Positions 48,365 to 57,225 of a stretch of 64,000 bases of DNA are shown piece after piece. The stretch is from an uncultured bacterium (lineage in GTDB: Bacteria > Chlamydiota > Chlamydiia > Chlamydiales > JAJFMA01): contig CAYUJS010000003.1 of assembly GCA_964445105.1 (NCBI GenBank), forward strand, positions 9,059-73,058, given 5' to 3'. Under the pieces are notes generated by a model. It did not search any database and was not told the DNA's origin. It was given only the letters and a program-made list of their open reading frames with translations. How positions within the stretch are numbered: position 1 is the first letter of the stretch; each line of letters starts with the position of its first letter. Both the position numbers and the translations under genes were made by a program.

Positions 48365-48634
48365 ATGAAGAAACTAGCATCCTTCACATCCTCTCTGGCG
48401 GTCCTGGCATTAGCCGTGCTACTTACAAGCTGTTCTAGTTGTGGCTGGGATAACTCTTGGCTGGACAGCTGCTGCAATATCCGCAACGAGGGTTGTGAGC
48501 AAAAAAGCTGTTGCAATAGACCACAAGTTCCAAACGGCCACCACAATCACTGCCACTGTCCTAGCCCAGAATGGTGCGGCGAAAGACAAGCATACGATTA
48601 CTGCGATCCTAGCGATTATCGACTCCGCTATTAG
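48365..48634 (+). CDS. Second small cysteine-rich lipoprotein (OmcA-like paralogue)
   Basis: AAGGAG RBS before ATG 48365. Lipobox LLTSC. Cys/His-rich mature part. Confidence 0.6.
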   Translation: MKKLASFTSSLAVLALAVLLTSCSSCGWDNSWLDSCCNIRNEGCEQKSCCNRPQVPNGHHNHCHCPSPEWCGERQAYDYCDPSDYRLRY

Positions 48635-48686
48635 TCGTACACTAATTGTCTGACACTTGAATAACAAAAAATCTAAGGAGACTTTA

Positions 48687-50228
48687 ATGAGGAAACAACT
48701 GGGAACACTAATGTCGCTCATGCTTTTTTGCGCGACAGCCTTGTTAGCTGTTAGTTGTTCCGGATTCAACCGTGGTGGCAGTGACTATTATGATACCTCG
48801 GCCGGATATAACTGGAGTTCGAAAGGCGCTTGCTCAGAAGGCCAAAGACAGTGCGGCCCCGGCCGCGAGCAAGCGAGCGCGAGTAATATTACCTGCGACG
48901 GAGTACAGGTGATCGCCAGATTACCGAGCATGTGCTTGCTAGGCGATCAATTTTGCCTAGATCTGGAAGTTCACGCCCTACGTGATGTCTGTGATGTCAC
49001 TATCGGTACAATCCTCCCAGAAGGTGTACAGTTCATTCGCAGCGAACCCGACGCTTTTGTAGACGGTTCTAAATTGGAATGGACTCTAGATCACCTACGT
49101 AACGGTGAGTGTCAGAACGTACGTATCTGCTTGCGTTGTGAGAAAGAAGGCGCTGCTTGCACCTGCTTTTGTGTCAGCGCAACACCAGTCGCTTTCTGCA
49201 CCCTCTTATGCGCAAGACCTGTTCTGTGCTGCGAAATCTGCGGCCCAGAAGAAGCTGGCCCGGGTGATTGCCTAAACTACACAATCAACGTAGCCAACCG
49301 CGGCACTTGCACAGCCTATGACGTTGTCGTAGTCAACCGAGTTCCCGATGGACTTGAGCATGCAAGCGGACAGACTTGCTTGACAAACAGACTGTGTGAG
49401 CTAGCGCCTGGCGAAACTAAGTGCTTAAACATTTGTTACCTAGCTGCGAAAAGAGGCCGTATCGTGAATACAGTCTCAGTTTCGGCTTGCAATGCAGAGC
49501 CAAGCTCTTGCGAGTGCGCTTGCGTATGCTGCAAATATTGCTGCGAAGTTGTTAAAGAAGGTCCTAAGGAAGTGCGTATCGGCCAAAACGCCGATTACGA
49601 CATTCACGTAACCAACGTTGGCGATAGACCGCTTACAGAAGTTACTGTGTGTGACTTGGCGCCCGCGGGCACTTCCATCGTGTCGGCCAACGGAGCACAT
49701 ATCTCCGGCAACCGCGCGGTATGGCAGATCGATGAGGTAAGAGCCGGTGAAACGGTGACCCTACCCATTACCCTGACTACTTGCAGCCCAGGCTACTACT
49801 GCAACCGCGTTTCTGTTAGTAACTGCCAAGGTGCATGTTGCTCAGCAGAGTGCTTATGCCGTTGGAAAGGTACGCCAGCGCTGAACGTATCCGTACTGGA
49901 CCTTACAGATCCAGTTTGCATCGGAGATACCACTAGCTACAGGATCCAGGTGACCAACCAAGGATCCGAACCCGACGAAAACGTTAGAGTGACTGTTCGG
50001 TTCCCAAGTGAAATTGCGCCAATTAGCGCACGTGGTGTAACAACAGGTACAATTTCTGGAGCAACGGTAACTTTTGCCCCTTACAGCCCACTCGGGGCGC
50101 GCCAGACTGTCGACTTCTACGTCGATGCCCGTGCGCACCAGGCAGGGGATGCTCGTATAAAGGTCGAAGTGATGTCTGATTCGATTACTACACCTATCGT
50201 GCAAGAAGAGAGTACGATAGTGAACTAA
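48687..50228 (+). CDS. omcB: Large cysteine-rich envelope protein, OmcB-like
   Basis: TAAGGAG RBS before ATG 48687. Signal/lipobox LLAVSC. Very high Cys content and repeated DUF11-like segments (Y.I.V.N.G...A..V.V). Confidence 0.8.
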   Translation: MRKQLGTLMSLMLFCATALLAVSCSGFNRGGSDYYDTSAGYNWSSKGACSEGQRQCGPGREQASASNITCDGVQVIARLPSMCLLGDQFCLDLEVHALRDVCDVTIGTILPEGVQFIRSEPDAFVDGSKLEWTLDHLRNGECQNVRICLRCEKEGAACTCFCVSATPVAFCTLLCARPVLCCEICGPEEAGPGDCLNYTINVANRGTCTAYDVVVVNRVPDGLEHASGQTCLTNRLCELAPGETKCLNICYLAAKRGRIVNTVSVSACNAEPSSCECACVCCKYCCEVVKEGPKEVRIGQNADYDIHVTNVGDRPLTEVTVCDLAPAGTSIVSANGAHISGNRAVWQIDEVRAGETVTLPITLTTCSPGYYCNRVSVSNCQGACCSAECLCRWKGTPALNVSVLDLTDPVCIGDTTSYRIQVTNQGSEPDENVRVTVRFPSEIAPISARGVTTGTISGATVTFAPYSPLGARQTVDFYVDARAHQAGDARIKVEVMSDSITTPIVQEESTIVN

Positions 50229-50253
50229 GGCGAGCTCGCAAAGTTCTCCTATC

Positions 50254-50294
50254 AAAGGGCAAGCTCGGTTTTAAACTAGGCTTGCCCTTTTTTT
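50254..50294 (+). terminator. Intrinsic terminator after omcB
   Basis: Stem aaagggcaagc/gcttgcccttt plus a T-run. Confidence 0.85.
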
Positions 50295-50427
50295 GGCAGG
50301 GACAGGATCCAGTAGTCGATTGAAAAGCTGCAGCTCTTGAGTGCGGACAATATTTTCCACAGAACCCTGAATGCTGTAAAAACGAGCTTGCAGTCTCCCG
50401 CCCGTTCCTGATAAAATTGCGGGTCTT

Positions 50428-51483
50428 ATGCCTATCTGCTCCTTGAAAAATACTCCTCAGCTTTTAATCCTTGGAATTGAGACTACTTGCGACGAAACAG
50501 CATGCGCTTTGGTCGAAGGTGGCCAGAATATTTTATCCAATATTGTTTCTTCCCAGGTCGATCTACACTGTGCCTTTGGCGGGGTTGTGCCCGAATTGGC
50601 ATGCCGCCGGCACCTAGATCTACTGATACCCGTCATGCGGAAGGCAGTTGAGGAATCTGGAAAATATTTATCAGATGTAGATGGAATTGCTGTTGCCGCT
50701 GGACCCGGACTGGTGGGTGCATTGCTGATAGGCGTAAATGCGGCCAAAGCGCTTGCAATCGCGCTTGGCAAACCCCTTATCGGCGTCAACCACGTCGAGG
50801 GCCATCTTTACGCTGCCATGATGAATCAGTTATCCATCATTACTTTCCCCTCGCTCGGTGTAGTTGTCTCTGGCGGTCACACGGCAATCCTACAAATCAG
50901 TGCCCTGGGCAACTACCAATTGATTGGTCAAACTGTAGATGATGCAATAGGCGAAGCTTTTGATAAAGTGGCCAAAATACTTGGGCTGCCCTATCCGGGG
51001 GGGCCAGCCATCGAACAACTGGCTCGGCAAGGCGACCCCAGTGCTTTTTCTTTTCGCGCCGGACATGTGAAAGAGAGACCCTTAGATTTTTCATTCAGCG
51101 GCCTTAAAACAGCTGTCCTTTACGCAGTCAAAGGCGTAGGCCACCGGCCAAATGACCCGGATATCATCCCAGAAACAAAACGGGCAGATGCTGCGGCCGC
51201 TTTTCAGGAAGCTGCTTTCAAGGCAATTGTGAGCCACGTTCACGATGCCGCAAAGCTTGCCGGTATTTCGCAAGTCATCTTCGGCGGAGGTGTGACCAAT
51301 AACCGCCGCTTGCGTGAGCTATTTGCTGAAAAACTCCCCCACCTCACTTGTTTCTGGCCACCCCAGGAGATGGTCCTCGATAATGCCGCCATGATCGCTG
51401 GCCTAGGTTATCACAAGTTCCTTCAAAAGCCTGAAGGCGACCCGCTAACCATGGATGCGTATCCAACGATTCATCAGTGGTAG
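50428..51483 (+). CDS. tsaD: tRNA N6-adenosine threonylcarbamoyltransferase
   Basis: GIETTCDETA, GVNHVEGH and SGGHT motifs. Confidence 0.9.
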   Translation: MPICSLKNTPQLLILGIETTCDETACALVEGGQNILSNIVSSQVDLHCAFGGVVPELACRRHLDLLIPVMRKAVEESGKYLSDVDGIAVAAGPGLVGALLIGVNAAKALAIALGKPLIGVNHVEGHLYAAMMNQLSIITFPSLGVVVSGGHTAILQISALGNYQLIGQTVDDAIGEAFDKVAKILGLPYPGGPAIEQLARQGDPSAFSFRAGHVKERPLDFSFSGLKTAVLYAVKGVGHRPNDPDIIPETKRADAAAAFQEAAFKAIVSHVHDAAKLAGISQVIFGGGVTNNRRLRELFAEKLPHLTCFWPPQEMVLDNAAMIAGLGYHKFLQKPEGDPLTMDAYPTIHQW

Positions 51484-51667
51484 GCCTTTGCCCTAGTCAA
51501 CGTGAGCCGCCTACTTACGATCAGCGTAAGTTGTATGAATCAATGGGTGATGCCGAATTGAAATCAGCTGCTATTTACGCCAGAGCGGTTCGGGCATCAG
51601 CTTTTCAGGGAGGTGTCTCTCCGTTAAAACGGAGTAAGTCGCAGTCAATTATGCGTGTGTCCGCAGC

Positions 51668-51698
51668 CCGTCCTCAAGTGGCGTGTGGACGGTTTTTT
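51668..51698 (+). terminator. Candidate intrinsic terminator about 185 nt downstream of tsaD
   Basis: 6-bp stem ccgtcc/ggacgg with a 13-nt loop, followed by tttttt. The stem is short. Confidence 0.35.
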
Positions 51699-52077
51699 CC
51701 ACAACTTTTTTGAACCCTATCCTTGGATCGTGTGTATACCCTTAAGAATAGCAGGTGAGCCTTCCTTCACGTGGCTGCTAGCTAAGCGTCTGGTGCCGGT
51801 TGTCAGAGCCCAAGATCGATGACAATGAAGTGCGGCAGCCATGTTCTATAGAGCCAGGGGGGGTGAGGTGGCTGCGAACCCCTTGGTAATCGGGGGTCAC
51901 GAAGAGAGGCATACGGCTTTCCCTCATCTGAGGTTGCAGACCGGTTTTTAATCAAGTAACAGGGGTAAATCGGCCTTTGGCTGATTTACCCCCTACCTCG
52001 TAAACGGATACTGTCGAAGATTCTGGTCTCGGACTAATTTAGCATTGAATATCGTTTTCTGATCTGTGAGCAGGCGC

Positions 52078-52350
52078 TCATCTTTTGTCTTTCTTGAGCG
52101 TATCGATAAACATTTCGTACAGCCTATCAGTTCTACATGCTTGCCTTTCTATCTTTCGGTCTAGCAGATAAAATTCACCTATTAGCGTGATCAGCACCAA
52201 GACAAACTCGGCGTGATTTGCCCAGTTTTTGTCCTTTATTTCTTCCTTAGCCACGGTTTTTCCTTTTTTAAAGCTGAAATTATCCAAATGCCCCTTGTTC
52301 TTGGCGAGGCGGCCGAGCCCGGCCTGTCTGGAAAAAAGCTTAGAAAGCAA
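52078..52350 (-). CDS. Small hypothetical single-pass membrane protein, start uncertain
   Basis: There is no ATG near the 5' end. An internal GTG preceded by AAGGA would give a peptide of about 58 aa with one TM helix (FVLVLITLIG). Confidence 0.3.
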   Translation of the reverse strand: MLSKLFSRQAGLGRLAKNKGHLDNFSFKKGKTVAKEEIKDKNWANHAEFVLVLITLIGEFYLLDRKIERQACRTDRLYEMFIDTLKKDKR

Positions 52351-52604
52351 GTTAAATTAGAAATCTATGTAGGCTTCTAACGATTTGCTCGGAAGCACTG
52401 TCATCAGGCGTCCGCAAGGACGCAGGTGGTACAAAAAAGCCTTGCCAAAATAGCTATATCATACGCAATTAATATTGAAAATTATTTTGTCCTATATAAT
52501 TAACCTTATATTGCCTTTAACGTACACGAATGCCCGCATCGCTCCCTCAGATGCTTTTTTTACTTACGATAATGTTTGGTCCATTTATTTTTGCGTAAGA
52601 GTAG

Positions 52605-53993
52605 TTACATCTTAAAGGCCAGGTATTCGCGGAACTGTTTCGCTATCTTGGGATTGATCTGCTTGGCTAAGAAATAGTGGCGCTCGGCTGTTTTTTGGTC
52701 GCCGAGTTCAAGACACACAATGGCCAATTTGACATGGGTCAGCGCGTGGTTGGGATCGAGGAGGAGGGCTTTATCTAAGTGCTTTTTAGCAGGTCTCCAG
52801 CGCGAAGCGGTGATGGCGTTTTCTGCCGATTGCAAGAGCTCTCCCAGGTCTGCAGTGGTATGCATTTGGGTTTCTTGGATCCGTTGTAGCATTTCTGAGA
52901 GAGGGCCTAGTTCGCTTTTAACGATGGTAGGCGCTTTGTTGTGTGGGGGCTGGCTGCTTTGATGCGTAAGAGCAAGTTCTGGGTCGGTCAGCCAGTCCTC
53001 TAACTCAAGGAAATCTTGCGGTCGATCTTGCGGGCTTTCGCTAAGGCATGCCTCGACAAAAGGTCGCCATTTTTCAGGAATCAGCTCCCATTTAATAGCG
53101 TTGCGGGTGGTAAAGCGCTGGTGCGTAAATAGCGAGGCCGCCAAAGCTCCGAAAGCAAAGAAGTCGGCAGAGGGCCCCACGTCATGCAGGCGGTTGGGCT
53201 TTTTTTGCTCGGGCGCCAGATGGGCCATCTGTTCCAATATTTCGTGGCTGCAGTAGCGCTCTAGCGGGAGTTTTGCCTGGCGCAATTTTTCCAACCGATT
53301 GCAAACTCGTTGCGGACCTAAAGCAAAAGCTAGTCCCGCATCGGCAATCGCTAAATGTCTCACGCGGTTGCCGGAGTCTAGATCGATGACAATGGAGCGC
53401 GGTAGCAAAAAGCCATGATAAATATGGCCGCCAAATTCCGCATGTAGGTCGTGCAAACGTGCTAGAGCGCGCGCCACTTCCAGCAAAATCTCTTCGCGAT
53501 CTACATGGAGAAGCCTTTGATCGGTTAGAAAATGTTTAAGGGTGAGAAAACGTTTACCCTTGCGATTGATTAGCTGATTTTGTACCAGCACGAGAAGCCT
53601 TTCGTCATGTTTCCAAGAATACTGGGAAAATAGCGGGAGCTGGTGAAAATGTGTGGCGCGCCAAAAACAGCGAAATCTGTCGCAAACTTCTGCATTATTT
53701 AGGTCGGGTGGAGGGATAAGACAAAGGCCGTGCTCTCCCTGGGGTAGGCGCACGATGGTTTGGCGTCCGAAGAAATCGGCTTTATGTGTGTCTTGGAAGA
53801 TAAGCTCTTTAGAGAGTTCTAAGGCTCTTTCGTAATGCGCGCGGAAATGGTAGGCCAGCAGGTCATGCTTGCGCTGGCGCGCTACCAACAACCAGTAAAA
53901 GGCGCCCAAAAGAGAGAGGATCAAAAACAACCCAGCCAACAAAGGCCCTAGATGAGACTGTAGGGCTAGGCTAAAGCGCTCAACTAGGGACAT
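52605..53993 (-). CDS. Membrane-anchored protein-kinase-like domain (predicted pseudokinase) with C-terminal TPR repeats
   Basis: N-terminal TM helix. Kinase-like subdomains are recognisable: YHGFLLPRSIVID in place of HRDLKPxN, IADAGLA for DFG, LAPE for APE and DFFAFGAL. The tail is TPR-like. Confidence 0.6.
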   Translation of the reverse strand: MSLVERFSLALQSHLGPLLAGLFLILSLLGAFYWLLVARQRKHDLLAYHFRAHYERALELSKELIFQDTHKADFFGRQTIVRLPQGEHGLCLIPPPDLNNAEVCDRFRCFWRATHFHQLPLFSQYSWKHDERLLVLVQNQLINRKGKRFLTLKHFLTDQRLLHVDREEILLEVARALARLHDLHAEFGGHIYHGFLLPRSIVIDLDSGNRVRHLAIADAGLAFALGPQRVCNRLEKLRQAKLPLERYCSHEILEQMAHLAPEQKKPNRLHDVGPSADFFAFGALAASLFTHQRFTTRNAIKWELIPEKWRPFVEACLSESPQDRPQDFLELEDWLTDPELALTHQSSQPPHNKAPTIVKSELGPLSEMLQRIQETQMHTTADLGELLQSAENAITASRWRPAKKHLDKALLLDPNHALTHVKLAIVCLELGDQKTAERHYFLAKQINPKIAKQFREYLAFKM

Positions 53994-55507
53994 AAAAATC
54001 GCACCTCTACCCGTATACAGCAGGCTGGCGCGCGCTCAAGAGTGCGTAAAAAAATCTGCCAATCGAAGGCGGCGAAGCGCTCTGCACCAAACGCGCCAAG
54101 TTGTCCTGGGCGGTTCCCTTGTGCAATATGACCAAAAAAGCGTCCTTGGCCCGATTCTAGACAAAACTTCAGACTAAAGCTCTGATTTTTTGCGCGAAGT
54201 ATGATCGTTTCACCAAGAGGGAAGGCGGTGCCAGCCTTATCTTCACTGATTTTTATATCCAGCCCCTCGTGCTTATCCGCAAAGAACATGATCTCACGGT
54301 TTTTCTGACGAGCTTCCGTCGGCACTTCTTCCGGTAGTGTGAAGTAGAGATCTACTCCATTTTCTTTTATCTGGTAGCGAATTTCTTCGGCGTTTCCGCC
54401 GGCACAAACCAGTGTATGTGTGCTGTTTTGATCGCCCCAGATTACTTTCAGGGGGCAATATCCGGGATTGGCGTTGTGCTCTTTGCTTTTTGTAAGCAGG
54501 GCGAACGCGTAGTTTTCCCCTTGATGGATGTGCCAAGCTCGCCCCGCAGCGTGTCCTTCGGCGGTGAGTGGAAGCGGCGGTGCACCAAGCCGGTCGGCTG
54601 AGGCGTGTACAAGCGCGCCTCGCACAGCGAGCGGCTTATTTAAAAGAGCGCGGTACGATAGCTTGCCGGTGTAGTAGCCCATAAATAGGTCGTAAAGCGT
54701 CGTTTCTGGCTCGCTTTTATCTTGCTGTTCGCTGAGCGCGGGGCCCGCATAAGAACAGGTGGCAGCGTTCCAGACGTTAGCTAACCAGCTGCCGAATCGC
54801 ACCCAGGGGCTGTCGGCAAGCTGCTTATAGGCCATCTGCAGTGCGATGAACGTATCTGCGATAACTTCGGGAATAAACCAATCCAGGAAGTCGGGAGCTT
54901 CAGCCACTTGGCGCAGGCTTTCCAAAGTATGCCGCCCGCGAGCTTCTAGCTCGGCCGCGTTCCACAAAGTGCCAAAGCCTGCTTGAGCACCAGCAATTTT
55001 TATCGCCAAACCAAAGGGCAGCTTGGCTAGGGCCTGAAGCTCTTTTGTTTGTTCTAGCATGGCTTGGGCAGCTTGCTCGGTTCGGCTCTTGAGAGCGCTA
55101 CCCAAAACGGTTCCGAATTCTACCAATATCCAGTAGAACGCGGGGAGCAGCTGAGCGTTGATGAAAAGATCGCGGCATTCTGGATATTCATGAAGGTAGA
55201 CGGGAAATAACCCTTTGCGCTCGTCCTGGGCCACATTCTGAAAACTAAGCACCCGTTCTAGTAAGCGCTTTCCTTCTTGCAAGCCCTCTTTGCTGCGGTC
55301 GCGCATAAGCCCCAATGCGTAGTAAACGTTCTCCACTATAGGAATAGTGTCGGCATGCGGAAAATCGGCGCGGTTATGAAAATAATGGAAAAATCCTGTT
55401 TGCGGGCTTTGAGCGCCGCGGCCTGCGTTGAGCGCAATTTCCGCCATCTGGCGTGCGCGATCCGGTTTGCCCAGTACTTCTTCGATGATTTCTGAATCTA
55501 ATGCCAT
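53984..55507 (-). CDS. Hypothetical protein (507 aa)
   Basis: ATG 55507 overlaps the stop of the upstream GT26 gene by 10 nt, and its own stop overlaps the kinase-like gene start by 10 nt. The N-terminal half is helical, but I cannot assign a fold. Confidence 0.55.
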   Translation of the reverse strand: MALDSEIIEEVLGKPDRARQMAEIALNAGRGAQSPQTGFFHYFHNRADFPHADTIPIVENVYYALGLMRDRSKEGLQEGKRLLERVLSFQNVAQDERKGLFPVYLHEYPECRDLFINAQLLPAFYWILVEFGTVLGSALKSRTEQAAQAMLEQTKELQALAKLPFGLAIKIAGAQAGFGTLWNAAELEARGRHTLESLRQVAEAPDFLDWFIPEVIADTFIALQMAYKQLADSPWVRFGSWLANVWNAATCSYAGPALSEQQDKSEPETTLYDLFMGYYTGKLSYRALLNKPLAVRGALVHASADRLGAPPLPLTAEGHAAGRAWHIHQGENYAFALLTKSKEHNANPGYCPLKVIWGDQNSTHTLVCAGGNAEEIRYQIKENGVDLYFTLPEEVPTEARQKNREIMFFADKHEGLDIKISEDKAGTAFPLGETIILRAKNQSFSLKFCLESGQGRFFGHIAQGNRPGQLGAFGAERFAAFDWQIFLRTLERAPACCIRVEVRFLCP

Positions 55508-56256
55508 TTTTTGCTCGCCCATTGTTTCATCACTAAGTAAAAAAACTTCATATTCCCATACAGATAACGTTTCCAGAGACGCTTGGGCTCGATCCATAGA
55601 CGGTAAGCCCATTCCATTTTTGCGCGTCTGATCCAACCGGGCGCGCGTGGAACTGCGCCCGTGATAAAGTCTAAAATAGCCCCTCCAGCAATTGCTAGCT
55701 TTACCTTATGCTCTTTTAGCAATTGCCAATGCTTATCAATAAATAGCTCTTGTTTGGGTACGCCCATGGCAACCAGAAGGATATCAGGTTGCCCGCGCTC
55801 TATATCGGCTAATACAGCGCTTTCATTCGCAAAATAGCCGTCCCGCCAGCCTACCACTTCGATGACGGGCCACCTAGTTGTCAATAGCGCCACAGAAGCC
55901 TCTACCACCTGACTGCGCCCTCCTAATAGATATACGCGAACGCCCGCGCCTGCCACTTGTAGGCGGTCGAAGAGCGCGGGTATCCAGTCGGTGCCTCCGA
56001 GATTGCTTGGTAGCGATTGACCGAGAATTTTCGACGCTATTTCGACGCCGACCCCGTCATTGAAGACAAACTCAGTGCGCTTTAGGGCCTCTCTATATAA
56101 AGAATTTTTATGCGCGATATTCACGCAGTGGGCGTTGGCAAAGTAAACGCGAACGGGTTCATAACGCTGCGCGAGCATGACTTTGTCGAGCGACTCATCC
56201 CAAGGCCCTACGTCGATCTCTACTCCTGCTATGCATAGTCGTTTGTGCTTGCTCAT
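55498..56256 (-). CDS. WecG/TagA/CpsF family (GT26) glycosyltransferase
   Basis: Family motifs FANAHCVN, FNDGVGV, GTDW, YLLGG, PDILLVAMGVPKQE and GGAILDF. ATG 56256 gives 252 aa, the typical length. Confidence 0.8.
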   Translation of the reverse strand: MSKHKRLCIAGVEIDVGPWDESLDKVMLAQRYEPVRVYFANAHCVNIAHKNSLYREALKRTEFVFNDGVGVEIASKILGQSLPSNLGGTDWIPALFDRLQVAGAGVRVYLLGGRSQVVEASVALLTTRWPVIEVVGWRDGYFANESAVLADIERGQPDILLVAMGVPKQELFIDKHWQLLKEHKVKLAIAGGAILDFITGAVPRAPGWIRRAKMEWAYRLWIEPKRLWKRYLYGNMKFFYLVMKQWASKKWH

Positions 56257-56647
56257 GACCGGAGATAGTAACGCATCAAAGATAAAGGATGAACCTCTTT
56301 TGAACATGAGAACGGCGGCTAGCTGTTTTATGCGAAAAACGAGAAAGCAGCTGTGTCCAGCGCAGGCCTTGAGCTCGATGTAAATTTCAGGCCTACTTTT
56401 AGCTTGGAGGCGGGAGCACCTCCGCCCTCTATGCAGTTTCTTTTGTCTCATCGGAGACTACCTCGTGTGTGGCTTCTTGGCATCCATACTTATAAGCGCG
56501 TGCTTTGCAGCCCGAAATATTATGGCTTTCAGACGGATTGTAAGTGCCGCAAAGGTTTGAATCAGTTTTTTGTTTGAGGATAAGAAGGCAGGCGAGGCGG
56601 GGTTTTTCAATGGCCGTCAGCTTCTTTGGATGAGGTAAGAGGGGTGG

Positions 56648-57223
56648 CTAATCGCTGTTTGTACGCTGAAGGAGAAAGAGGCTTGGCGCGTGCTGGCGGT
56701 TAAGCCACTGGTGGAAAATGCAGCTCCACTCTTGCGGAGGGAGTTGTTTGAAAAATTCTCGCAAAGCAAGCTCCTCCTCTGCACCCTCTGGGTGCCCCGG
56801 ATAGGCGGTGATGCTGAGGGCACCGCCGGCCTGAAGAATGTGCATGCCATTGGCAATACTCTGTAGGGTGGAGTCGCTGCGTGTTTTGATTTTTTTATCA
56901 GAACCAGGAAGATAACCTAGATTGTACACGATTAGGCGGGGTGGGGCGGGTAGGTGAAATGTCTGATGGCTCTCATGCCGTAATTGGACGCGATCGAGCA
57001 GATCGTGCTGGCTGAGAAGTAATGTTGCGTTCTCGATTGCTTGTTGCTGGATATCGTAAGCGTACACGGAGCCAGTCAGGCCTACTAACCGTGCTAGGCG
57101 AAGAGCATCATGGCCGTTGCCGCAGGTGGCGTCTACGACGGTGTCTCCATGCTGAACGAGCTTTACCCAGTATACGTGGGCTAGGTCTAGCGGAGATTGT
57201 GCCAGGGGAAATTGTGCATGCAC
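56648..57223 (-). CDS. Class I SAM-dependent methyltransferase, YtqB/MnmM-like (PF06962-type)
   Basis: Colinear with B. subtilis YtqB as I recall it: DATCGNGHD, VYAYDIQ, YNLGYLPG.DK and YPGHPEG. Confidence 0.7.
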   Translation of the reverse strand: MHAQFPLAQSPLDLAHVYWVKLVQHGDTVVDATCGNGHDALRLARLVGLTGSVYAYDIQQQAIENATLLLSQHDLLDRVQLRHESHQTFHLPAPPRLIVYNLGYLPGSDKKIKTRSDSTLQSIANGMHILQAGGALSITAYPGHPEGAEEELALREFFKQLPPQEWSCIFHQWLNRQHAPSLFLLQRTNSD

Positions 57224-57225
57224 GG

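Noticed and set aside
51484-52077. RNase P RNA, tmRNA, SRP RNA or group II intron domain V in the tsaD-downstream gap
   Set aside because: There are only short similarities (gagggaaagccg versus GAGGAAAGUCCG, agccgtatgcc versus domain V). The paired or partner motifs (ACAGAACCCGGCUUA, GUACGGUU, GGAAGCAGCC context, tRNA-like end) are absent or wrongly spaced.
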